Assembly: GCF_000025925.1 (NCBI RefSeq)
Contig: NC_014033.1
Location: 480,001-512,000 of the forward strand
Direction: 5' to 3'
DNA from: Xylanibacter ruminicola 23
Lineage (GTDB): Bacteria; Bacteroidota; Bacteroidia; Bacteroidales; Bacteroidaceae
DNA length: 32,000 nt
The translations under genes were made by a program, and so were the position numbers. The notes below the pieces were generated by a model that did not search any database, was not told the DNA's origin, and saw only the letters and a program-made list of their open reading frames with translations. Positions 17,434 through 25,223 of the stretch are shown here, piece after piece (position 1 is the first letter of the stretch; each line of letters starts with the position of its first letter).

Positions 17434-19089
17434 ATGAACAAGCAAAACATTCAGAAAACGCTGGTGCTGCTACCTACAAGTGCACTGCTGGCTGGTTGTT
17501 TGGATGCGACCGACAACCCTGCAAACAAAATCACGCCTACGCCTAATGCCGACGGCAAGTACAACATCATCTTTATCACTACCGACCAGGAAGCCTACAT
17601 GGAGCAGTATCCTGCTGGTAGCGACTATGCCGCTCGCGAACGCCTGCGCCAGATGGGTACCACATTCGAGAAGCACTACGCCTGTGCCAATGTTTCCACA
17701 TCAAGCCGCTCGGTTATCTACACCGGCCGCCACATCACCGAAACCTGTATGCTGGATAACACCAACTATGCCTTTGTAAACGATATGTCGCGCGACCTGC
17801 CTACCGTAGGCGATATGTTGCGCGATGCCGGCTACTATACCGCCTTTAAGGGTAAGTGGCACATTTCTGAAGATACCGAGTCGCTTGAGGAGTACGGCTT
17901 TAGCGACTGGACCGAAGGTGATATGTACGGTTCGGTTTGGGAGGGCTATAAAGAGGATGGCACCATTGCCGACCATGCCATCGACTGGCTGAAAAACAAA
18001 GGTAAGCAGCTGAACAACGACGGCCAGAGTTTCTTCCTGGCTGTAAACTTCCTGAACCCGCACGATATCATGTACTTTAACGAAACACCGGGCACGTACA
18101 TCGCAGGCGAGGCTACACCTGCACCCGACGATCCTGTTTATAAAAAGAACTACAATGTGCCTGTTCCTGCATCGTGGAACGAGTCGTTCGACAAACCTGG
18201 TCGCCCTGCTGCACATAAGGAGTACAACAAGCAGTGGCAGGATTGGGTAGGTCCATCGCCAACCGACAGCACAGGGTGGCACACCTTCCGCGACTATTAT
18301 TTTAACACTATCCAGGATGAAGACAACCACATGCTGGTGCTGCTCAAGTATCTCGAAAAAGCCGGACTGCTTAATAATTCCATCGTTATCTACACCAGCG
18401 ATCATGGTGAGATGCAAGGCGAACACGGCTTGAAGGGTAAGGGTGGTAATATCTACGAGAACAACATCCATGTGCCCCTGATTATCTATCACCCCGAGAT
18501 GAAGGGCGGTCGCCATTGTTACAACCTTACCTCGCATCTCGACCTGGCACCCACATTTGTTGATATTGCTACAGCTGGCAACGTGCAGCAGTTTAGTGCT
18601 ATCACTCAGGAGCTCCACGGACACTCGCTTATGCCTGCTGTGAAGAATCCCGCTATCGACATCCGTAACAGCGAGGGTGCCCTGTTCTGTTTCGAGATGA
18701 TATCCATGATTGATGGCGACTACGTGATGAATCCCAGCCTGAAGCCTGCCTATCGTGCCGATATGAACAAGCGCGGTTTTGTACGTGGCATCATCACCCC
18801 CGATTATAAGTTTGCCCGTTACTTTGCACCAGTTAAGTTCAACACACCAGCCGATTACGAAGCCTTGTGGGCCGACAACGATGTAGAGCTGCTGATGTGC
18901 GGTACCGACGAGACCGAGAACCTGGCATGGCCTAAGGATAATAACGCCAACCAGCAACTGGTAGAGCTGATGAACCAGAAACTGAACGCCCTGATACAGC
19001 GCGAGATTGGTACCGACGATGGTAGCGAAACCAAGAAAGGCTATAAGGGCGGTGTAGAAATGTACGATAAGAATAGGTATGACCAGTAG
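17434..19089 (+). CDS. Sulfatase (S1 family, formylglycine-dependent fold) lipoprotein with a Ser-type non-canonical maturation motif
   Basis: Lipobox LLAGC. Metal-site IIFITTDQ, GKWH, YTSDHGEMQGEHG and HVPLIIYHP motifs. The maturation motif reads S88-T-S-S-R-S-V-I-Y-T-G-R (nt 17695-17730) instead of C/S-x-P/A-x-R. Confidence 0.85.
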   Translation: MNKQNIQKTLVLLPTSALLAGCLDATDNPANKITPTPNADGKYNIIFITTDQEAYMEQYPAGSDYAARERLRQMGTTFEKHYACANVSTSSRSVIYTGRHITETCMLDNTNYAFVNDMSRDLPTVGDMLRDAGYYTAFKGKWHISEDTESLEEYGFSDWTEGDMYGSVWEGYKEDGTIADHAIDWLKNKGKQLNNDGQSFFLAVNFLNPHDIMYFNETPGTYIAGEATPAPDDPVYKKNYNVPVPASWNESFDKPGRPAAHKEYNKQWQDWVGPSPTDSTGWHTFRDYYFNTIQDEDNHMLVLLKYLEKAGLLNNSIVIYTSDHGEMQGEHGLKGKGGNIYENNIHVPLIIYHPEMKGGRHCYNLTSHLDLAPTFVDIATAGNVQQFSAITQELHGHSLMPAVKNPAIDIRNSEGALFCFEMISMIDGDYVMNPSLKPAYRADMNKRGFVRGIITPDYKFARYFAPVKFNTPADYEALWADNDVELLMCGTDETENLAWPKDNNANQQLVELMNQKLNALIQREIGTDDGSETKKGYKGGVEMYDKNRYDQ

Positions 19090-20278
19090 TGACGACTTGC
19101 GACACTATGCCATCGAGGTAAAGCCCATTGGTGCGGCTTGCAACCTGCGATGCCAGTACTGTTATTATTTAGCGAAGGGTGGTGGCCATGCCGCAGGCCC
19201 TTCGCTCATGACGGATGAGGTGCTCGAGAACTACATCCGTCAGGTGATTGATATCCACGGACGTTATGCCGAGATAGAGTTTGCCTGGCATGGTGGCGAG
19301 CCCACTATGTGCGGCATTCCCTTTTTTGAGCGGGCCATGGCGCTGCAACAGAAATACGGCGAGGGCCGCCAAATACTTAACACGCTGCAAACCAACGGTA
19401 CGCTGCTTACCGACGAGTGGTGCCAGTTCTTCCGCAATCATCAGTTCCGTATCGGCATCAGCATCGATGGTCCCGAACATCTGCACAACATCTATCGCAA
19501 GGACGCACGGGGCGATGGTACCTTCAGTCGCACCATGCACGGTCTCGACCTGCTGCTGAAACACGGTGTCGACTTCAATACCCTTACCACCGTAAATGCC
19601 GCCAACGCCACACATGCTGCCGAGGTGTATCAGTTTTTACGAGGATTCAGCAACTACATGCAGTTTTTGCCAGTTGTCGAGAGCCTGCCGCTTAATGATA
19701 GCCATAAGAATGTGGCTTTGCCCCCAGGCATCTATAGACATCAGCCTCGCAACCTGGCCCCCTTCTCTGTGCAGCCCGAAGCCTACGGCAAGTTCCTATG
19801 TACCATTTTCGATGAGTGGAGCCGCCGTGATGTAGGTCGCAAGTATGTGCAGGTTATCGAGGCTGCCATTGGCAACCTTACCCACCGCCCAGCCGGTTTG
19901 TGTGTTCACGAATCCGTTTGCGGCCATTGTGGTGTGATTGAGAAGAATGGCGACCTGTACCGTTGCGACCGCTATGTGTTTCCCGAGTATCGCATTGGCA
20001 ATATCCTGCAGGGTTCGCTCCACGATATGATGCAAACCAACCGCAAGTTTGGCGAGTATAAGCTCGACAGCCTGCCCTCCGCCTGTCTGCATTGCGATGT
20101 AGCCCATCTCTGTTTCGGTGGCTGCCCCAAGGATCGCCTGGTAGAGCGCATCACCCTTAACGGTCCCGAACGCCGCAACTACCTATGCCCCGGCTACAAA
20201 ATGTTTTTCCGCTACATCTCGCAGAAAATCAAAACACTTTTTTTGCCCATTCATAAATCAATGTTTAAACGAGTTTAA
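19079..20278 (+). CDS. Anaerobic sulfatase-maturating enzyme (radical SAM / SPASM)
   Basis: CNLRCQYCYY radical-SAM cluster motif near the N-terminus and a C-terminal Cys-rich SPASM region (CGHCG..C..C; CLHCDVAHLCFGGC). 11-nt overlap with the sulfatase 3' end. Confidence 0.88.
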   Translation: MTSSDDLRHYAIEVKPIGAACNLRCQYCYYLAKGGGHAAGPSLMTDEVLENYIRQVIDIHGRYAEIEFAWHGGEPTMCGIPFFERAMALQQKYGEGRQILNTLQTNGTLLTDEWCQFFRNHQFRIGISIDGPEHLHNIYRKDARGDGTFSRTMHGLDLLLKHGVDFNTLTTVNAANATHAAEVYQFLRGFSNYMQFLPVVESLPLNDSHKNVALPPGIYRHQPRNLAPFSVQPEAYGKFLCTIFDEWSRRDVGRKYVQVIEAAIGNLTHRPAGLCVHESVCGHCGVIEKNGDLYRCDRYVFPEYRIGNILQGSLHDMMQTNRKFGEYKLDSLPSACLHCDVAHLCFGGCPKDRLVERITLNGPERRNYLCPGYKMFFRYISQKIKTLFLPIHKSMFKRV

Positions 20279-20352
20279 AGAATTGGCAGCAAAGTTTATC
20301 ATGGTTTAAAAACAATGCCATCCTGTCCACATATATACGACAAATTGGCACT

Positions 20353-20368
20353 GGGCACGTATATTGCA
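20353..20368 (+). promoter_or_regulatory. Candidate sigma-54 (RpoN) -24/-12 promoter
   Basis: gGGCAC-gtata-TTGCA against consensus TGGCAC-N5-TTGCA. The invariant GG and GC have exact spacing. It lies about 85 nt upstream of the hsp20 ATG, and I found no TAnnTTTG box in this leader. Confidence 0.5.
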
Positions 20369-20451
20369 GTTTGGTATGTGAGCGCTGGAGCTAAAAAGCA
20401 AAGGTGCTCATAACATTGTTGAACTAAAAGTATAATTAGGAGGTATTGATT

Positions 20452-20874
20452 ATGTTACCAGTAATGTTTAAAAACAGTTGGTTCCCAACAGTATTTGACG
20501 ATTTCCTGAACACTGATTTTATGCCTCGTGCCAACAGTACAGCACCCGCAGTCAATGTCAAGGAGAGTGAGAAGGCCTACACCATGGAACTTGCAGCTCC
20601 AGGCATAAAGAAAGAATATTGCCGTGTAGCCATCAACGACGAGGGCAACCTCACCATCGCCATTGAAAACAAGGCTGAACACAAACATGAGGACAAGCAT
20701 CATCACTATCTGCGCCGCGAGTTCAGCTACTCGAACTACGAGCAGAACTACATGCTGCCAGATGATGTGGTAAAGGAGAAGATTTCTGCTAAGGTTGAGG
20801 ACGGCATCCTAACGATTACGATGCCAAAGACCGAACCTAAGGAGAAAGTTACGAAAGCTATCGAGGTTTCATAA
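20452..20874 (+). CDS. Small heat-shock protein, Hsp20/alpha-crystallin family
   Basis: Alpha-crystallin domain: PAVNVKESEKAYTMELAAPGIKKEY ... VEDGILTITMPK. Preceded by AGGAGG (20438-20443) with an 8-nt spacer. The track start at 20446 is a TTG. Confidence 0.88.
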   Translation: MLPVMFKNSWFPTVFDDFLNTDFMPRANSTAPAVNVKESEKAYTMELAAPGIKKEYCRVAINDEGNLTIAIENKAEHKHEDKHHHYLRREFSYSNYEQNYMLPDDVVKEKISAKVEDGILTITMPKTEPKEKVTKAIEVS

Positions 20875-20903
20875 AGTGATTACGTGGCATCTTAAACTAT
20901 TGG

Positions 20904-20941
20904 GAGCAACATCCATCAGCGGTGTTGCTCTCTTTTTTTTC
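20904..20941 (+). terminator. Rho-independent terminator after hsp20
   Basis: gagcaaca tccatcagcgg tgttgctc followed by tcttttttttt. Confidence 0.85.
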
Positions 20942-21027
20942 GTTGGCATCCACATGAGTTCCGCACACCGCTGAATATCCTTTCTGGCTTTGCGACACCA
21001 CCTACACCGCAGGTGCCCGCTTTGTGT

Positions 21028-22437
21028 TTACACTCCCTTGGTGAACCACGAACTGGGGATGCTGGTGCGCTCAGTCATCCAGTTGGTTGACGGATCTACG
21101 GCAATCATCATTGGGGCCTCGCCGGTCTTGGGGAACGAGACGGTGTACATTCGGCCGTCTTTGCCGTTGGCTCGGAAGGTGATGTTGTTATTGTCGTAGT
21201 TATAACCGCTCACTTCGAACTCAGCCAGGGCTTTCGAGTAGTCGATGTTGCCCTGCGTGTTGTACATCGTAGCGGTGTCGTAATCCGACTCACTCTTTAC
21301 CCACTTGGTGCTACCGATGGTTAACTCAAAGTCGATGGTGCCGCCCAGAGCACGGATGAATGCCTTGGTGGGAGCGGTGGTAGTGCTGATAACCTCGTCG
21401 CTGGTCTTAACACCATTCTCGGATGTTACCTTATGCGTATAGACGGTGTACTCCTCTACATCTACTACCACATCGTTAAAGTCGAAGTCGCCGATGGCAC
21501 CCAGGTCTTCAATCATATAGCGCTTGGCGCGGCAGGTCTTCACTTCATACTGATTCTCGGTGATAACCTTTTCCTGAGGCACATCGGGATTACCCACAAC
21601 AGCCAGCACCAGGTCGTTGTAATCATTATCGGTGCCAGCAATGGCATCCTCGATACCAATGTATTTAGCAATGTGATCGTCGGCCAGTTCGATATCGTCG
21701 AGCTCCAGTTCTACGTTTTCGGGCACATCAATATATACGGCGTGACCATTGGTGGTACCAACGGTTGGCAGTTGTTTGTTATTCTCGTTTCTCACATTAT
21801 CCAGATAAATCTCGATTGGTGTGCCCACGGGAGCCTCAATCTTTACACCACGCATATTAACGGTCTTACCATCAGGTGTGGTCATGCCGTTAATGGTCTG
21901 GAAAAAGTTGTAGTCCTTACTGAAAATAATAACAGGATCTTCGTTGCCCACTTTTACCTTCAGGTCGTAGCGATTAAGACCACCACTGAGCAAGGGGAAG
22001 ATATAGAACGAGCTGGATGGTGAAACTAATGCAACTTCGTTGCCCACCCAAATTTTCTTCTCGGGTAGCTCACTATTGATAGCGTAGAATAAGTCTGCAT
22101 TCTTTTGGATGCCACTTTGAATAATATCATAGTTCCATACCGCATTGCCAAACGTAAAGTGCTTGAGCTTCAGTTTCGACACATCCCCCCAGTCGACTCC
22201 TTTTTCCAAAACTTCTACGTTGATAGTAGATACACCACGGGTTTTAGCGAGGTTTGGCTCGCCTGTAGTGAAATCCCACGACTGGCTGGGACTAATCTGG
22301 CCATACTTGGCTACAAAACTGTTGGTGTATGCCTCTTTTTGTGCTTCTTCGTAAGTGGGGATTGTATCCTTTGTGCATGAGGATAGAATAGATGCTAAAC
22401 ACAGACCTGCAGATAATACTAAAACGTTGGTTTTCAT
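21028..22437 (-). CDS. Lipoprotein with two LruC/DUF4842-like D-x-D-x-N-D motifs (hypothetical)
   Basis: I place the start at MKTNVLVLSAGLCLASILSSC (lipobox). The track start at 22464 is a CTG. Motifs IEDAIAGTDNDYNDLVLAV and IEDLGAIGDFDFNDVVVDV resemble the EDxxxxxGDYDxNDxV signature I recall for LruC-domain proteins. Confidence 0.5.
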   Translation of the reverse strand: MKTNVLVLSAGLCLASILSSCTKDTIPTYEEAQKEAYTNSFVAKYGQISPSQSWDFTTGEPNLAKTRGVSTINVEVLEKGVDWGDVSKLKLKHFTFGNAVWNYDIIQSGIQKNADLFYAINSELPEKKIWVGNEVALVSPSSSFYIFPLLSGGLNRYDLKVKVGNEDPVIIFSKDYNFFQTINGMTTPDGKTVNMRGVKIEAPVGTPIEIYLDNVRNENNKQLPTVGTTNGHAVYIDVPENVELELDDIELADDHIAKYIGIEDAIAGTDNDYNDLVLAVVGNPDVPQEKVITENQYEVKTCRAKRYMIEDLGAIGDFDFNDVVVDVEEYTVYTHKVTSENGVKTSDEVISTTTAPTKAFIRALGGTIDFELTIGSTKWVKSESDYDTATMYNTQGNIDYSKALAEFEVSGYNYDNNNITFRANGKDGRMYTVSFPKTGEAPMMIAVDPSTNWMTERTSIPSSWFTKGV

Positions 22438-22461
22438 ATTTACAATTTTTAAATTTTTCAG

Positions 22462-22469
22462 CAAAAGTA
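22462..22469 (-). promoter_or_regulatory. Bacteroidetes -7 promoter box TACTTTTG for the LruC-like gene
   Basis: caaaagta on the + strand, 25 nt upstream of the ATG at 22437. Confidence 0.5.
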
Positions 22470-22557
22470 CGAATAATATGTCTGTATAAACGAATTTATT
22501 AAGGAATTTTACCGAATTTGTTATATTTTAACCCGATGGTTCTTATGAAAAACAAAG

Positions 22558-22580
22558 TAGCCAGCGCATTGCGCTGGCTA
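22558..22580. other. Perfect 10-bp-stem hairpin/palindrome tagccagcgc-att-gcgctggcta
   Basis: Read directly. On the minus strand it is followed by ctttgttttt, so it is terminator-like for leftward transcription. No annotated gene ends next to it. Confidence 0.6.
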
Positions 22581-22696
22581 GATTCGTAAGGAGGCTTGCT
22601 GAATAAAATCTGAATGTAAATACTACAAACTGCGTTCTTATAGTTAATAAGTACTAAATTAATGCGGTTGGAAGAGCAATGAACGGGAAAATTGCC

Positions 22697-22704
22697 TATA
22701 TTTG
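22697..22704 (+). promoter_or_regulatory. Bacteroidetes -7 promoter box TATATTTG upstream of an orphan micro-ORF
   Basis: Matches TAnnTTTG, 27 nt upstream of the ATG at 22731. Confidence 0.45.
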
Positions 22705-22730
22705 TACCAACTAAAAATCACCAAAAAGGA

Positions 22731-22838
22731 ATGCTTATGACAACTAAGAACGAAACAAAAAACGAAGAATTACAGATCGACGATAAGTTAGTCGAGACCA
22801 GTACACCGAAACAAATGCCATCTATATGGTACACTTAA
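22731..22838 (+). CDS. 35-aa hydrophilic micro-ORF (hypothetical; alternatively a small RNA)
   Basis: MLMTTKNETKNEELQIDDKLVETSTPKQMPSIWYT. Flanked by a -7 box (22697) and a strong hairpin with a T-tract (22843-22886). No homology evidence. Confidence 0.3.
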   Translation: MLMTTKNETKNEELQIDDKLVETSTPKQMPSIWYT

Positions 22839-22842
22839 AGAA

Positions 22843-22886
22843 TAAGCGCGGCACCTGCAAAAAGGTGTCGCGCTTCTCTTTTTATT
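22843..22886 (+). terminator. Rho-independent terminator (possibly bidirectional, also follows the GH3 gene)
   Basis: aagcgcggcacc tgcaaaaa ggtgtcgcgctt followed by ctctttttatt. The GH3 stop codon (22882-22884, minus strand) lies inside the T-tract. Confidence 0.75.
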
Positions 22887-25128
22887 GTATGGTAAGTACG
22901 GCTTTCTTCAGATGTTTCAGACTGCTGTCGGGACCAATCATAATCTCAAAGTCGCCTGGTTCCAGCACATATTCCAACTGGCTGTTGTAGAATTTCAGCA
23001 GGTCGTCGGTAATCTCGAACTTCACTACCTTGCTTTCGCCCTTCTTCAGGTGAATGCGCTCAAAGCCCTTCAGCTCTTTTACGGGGCGGGTGATGCTGGC
23101 CACCACATCGTGGATGTACAGCTGCACAATCTCGTCGGCATCGTAGTTGCCGGTATTGGTAACCGTTACCTGTGCTGTGCGGCCGTTAAGCGTTACATCG
23201 CTATAAGCAAAGGTGGTATAGCTCAGACCGTAGCCGAAGGGGTAGAGTGGGTCGTTACGTACATCGAAGTAGTTGCTGCCGAACTTCTGGAACTCCTTGC
23301 GATCCTCGCCTACAGGGCGACCGGTGGGTAGATAGTTGTAGTAGAGTGGCTCCTGACCTGTGACCTGAGGCATAGAGGTGGTGAGCTTGCCGCTGGGCAC
23401 CTTATCACCAAACAGTACGTCGCAGATAGCATCGCCTGCCTCGCTGCCACCAAACCATACCTGCAGGATGGCGGGCACATGGGCCTGCTCCCAGCTGAGC
23501 ACGGTGGGGCGGCCTGCAAAGTTGAGTACCACTACGGGCTTGTCCAGTTGCAGCAGGGCCTGGAGCAGTTCGCGCTGCACATCAAACATCTCGAGTGTGG
23601 CGCGGCTGCTGCTCTCGCCACTCATCTCGGCACTCTCGCCCATAGCGCACACAATCACGTCGGCATCCTTGGCTATGGCCAGTGCCTCGCGCTTCAACAG
23701 TTCGCTATCCTTGAACGGGGTGGCGCGATAAAAACCACCATCCTTCTGCAGCGTAGAGTCGCTGGTAAAGTTGCAGCCCTGGGCATAGCTCACGGTGGCC
23801 TTACCTGCCAGCGCCTGCTCCATAGCCTCTTTCAGGGTGATGTACTTGCTGTTGTCGGCTGTAGGTGCCCAGGTGCCAGCCATGTTGGCACGGTTGTGGG
23901 CCATCGGACCGATAAGGGCTATCTTGCCTTGTTTCTTGAGTGGTAGCAGCTGGTCCTGGTTCTTAAGCAGCACAAAACTCTCGGCTGCCAGATTGCGGGC
24001 TGCCTGCTTGTGTTCGGTGGTATAGATGTCGGTGGCGCGGCGTTTCTTATCAAGGAAACGGTAGGGATTCTGGAACAGTCCTAACTTGTATTTCGCCTCC
24101 AGCACACGACGGCAGGCCTGGTCGATCTCGGCCATAGTGACCTTACCCTCCTTGAGCGACTGCTCTAAGGTACCGATGAATCCCTCGGCACACATATCCA
24201 TATCGGTGCCTGCCTTCAGGGCCAGTGCCGATACCTGTGGGAGATTGCCCAGACCGTGTTTCATCATCTCGGCGATGGCGCCGTAGTCGGTAACTACAAA
24301 GCCATCCCACTGCCACTGCTTGCGCAGCACATCGTCGATAAGCCAGCGGTTGGCTGTGGCAGGGGTGTAATCTACGATATTAAACGATGTCATGAACGAG
24401 CCAGCCCCTGCCTTGGCGGCTGCCTGGTAGGGTGGGAAGAACTGGTTGTACATGCGTATGTGACTCATATCTACGGTGTTGTAGTCGCGACCGGCTTCGG
24501 CACCGCCGTACAGGGCGTAGTGCTTTACGCAGGCCATCATGTTCTCAGGACCATAGTTGCCCTGATAGCCGCGTACCAATGCCTCGGCAATGCGTGAGCC
24601 TAAGAACGGGTCCTCGCCATTACCCTCGGCAATACGGCCCCAGCGGGCATCGAGGGCGATATCCACCATGGGGCTGTAGGTCCAGCAGATGCCATCGGCT
24701 GTGGCTTCCTTGGCTGCGATGCGTGCAGCCTGCTCGATGGCAGCCAGGTCCCAACTGCACGACATGCCCAGGGGAATAGGAAAAATGGTTTCGTAGCCAT
24801 GAATCACGTCCATACCCACCAGCAGGGGAATACCCAGACGGCTCTTCTTGACGGCGGCATCCTGTAGCTGACGGATGCCATCCACACCTTTCTGATTCAG
24901 GATGGTGCCCAGCTTGCCCTGGGCTATCAGTTGCATCAGCGGACTGTTCTTCAGTTCGCCTGTGGTTGCCGATGTGCCTGGCAGCAGGTTCATCTGTCCT
25001 AACTTCTCCTCGACGGTCATCCTGGCCATCAGCTGGCTGATAAAATCATTCATTTTGGTGTCCTGAGCCGTAACGTGCAGCCCAGAGAGGAGCAGCAGGG
25101 CTCCTACAAGTAGTCTTTTTAGTTTCAT
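22882..25128 (-). CDS. bglX: Periplasmic glycoside hydrolase family 3 beta-glucosidase (BglX-like)
   Basis: 748 aa with signal peptide MKLKRLLVGALLLLSGLHVTA. GH3 blocks: KLGQMN, PLLVGMDVIHG, KHYALYG, the GFVVTDYGA nucleophile region and a C-terminal FnIII-like domain. Confidence 0.88.
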   Translation of the reverse strand: MKLKRLLVGALLLLSGLHVTAQDTKMNDFISQLMARMTVEEKLGQMNLLPGTSATTGELKNSPLMQLIAQGKLGTILNQKGVDGIRQLQDAAVKKSRLGIPLLVGMDVIHGYETIFPIPLGMSCSWDLAAIEQAARIAAKEATADGICWTYSPMVDIALDARWGRIAEGNGEDPFLGSRIAEALVRGYQGNYGPENMMACVKHYALYGGAEAGRDYNTVDMSHIRMYNQFFPPYQAAAKAGAGSFMTSFNIVDYTPATANRWLIDDVLRKQWQWDGFVVTDYGAIAEMMKHGLGNLPQVSALALKAGTDMDMCAEGFIGTLEQSLKEGKVTMAEIDQACRRVLEAKYKLGLFQNPYRFLDKKRRATDIYTTEHKQAARNLAAESFVLLKNQDQLLPLKKQGKIALIGPMAHNRANMAGTWAPTADNSKYITLKEAMEQALAGKATVSYAQGCNFTSDSTLQKDGGFYRATPFKDSELLKREALAIAKDADVIVCAMGESAEMSGESSSRATLEMFDVQRELLQALLQLDKPVVVLNFAGRPTVLSWEQAHVPAILQVWFGGSEAGDAICDVLFGDKVPSGKLTTSMPQVTGQEPLYYNYLPTGRPVGEDRKEFQKFGSNYFDVRNDPLYPFGYGLSYTTFAYSDVTLNGRTAQVTVTNTGNYDADEIVQLYIHDVVASITRPVKELKGFERIHLKKGESKVVKFEITDDLLKFYNSQLEYVLEPGDFEIMIGPDSSLKHLKKAVLTIQ

Positions 25129-25156
25129 AAATGGGTTTTAATTAAAGATTTTGGGG

Positions 25157-25164
25157 CAAAGGTA
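25157..25164 (-). promoter_or_regulatory. Bacteroidetes -7 promoter box TACCTTTG for the GH3 gene
   Basis: caaaggta on the + strand, 29 nt upstream of the ATG at 25128. Confidence 0.5.
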
Positions 25165-25186
25165 CAAAAAAGTTGGCAAAATGTAT

Positions 25187-25194
25187 TACCTTTG
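25187..25194 (+). promoter_or_regulatory. Bacteroidetes -7 promoter box TACCTTTG for the SGNH hydrolase gene
   Basis: Matches TAnnTTTG, 30 nt upstream of the ATG at 25224. Confidence 0.5.
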
Positions 25195-25223
25195 CGGCGA
25201 ATAATAAAAACAAATTAATAACG

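Noticed and set aside
17701-18957. 418-aa ORF on the minus strand inside the sulfatase gene
   Set aside because: It is an antisense shadow ORF. The plus-strand product carries every sulfatase motif, and the minus-strand product carries none.
20345-20351. First TTGGCAC as the sigma-54 -24 element
   Set aside because: The spacing to any TTGC is wrong (12 nt instead of 5). Only the overlapping GGGCAC at 20353 has the correct GG-N10-GC spacing.
22545-22589. 14-aa mini-ORF MKNKVASALRWLDS spanning the 22558-22580 palindrome
   Set aside because: It is too short, has no promoter box, and its sequence is dictated by the palindrome. It is more likely a structural DNA/RNA element.
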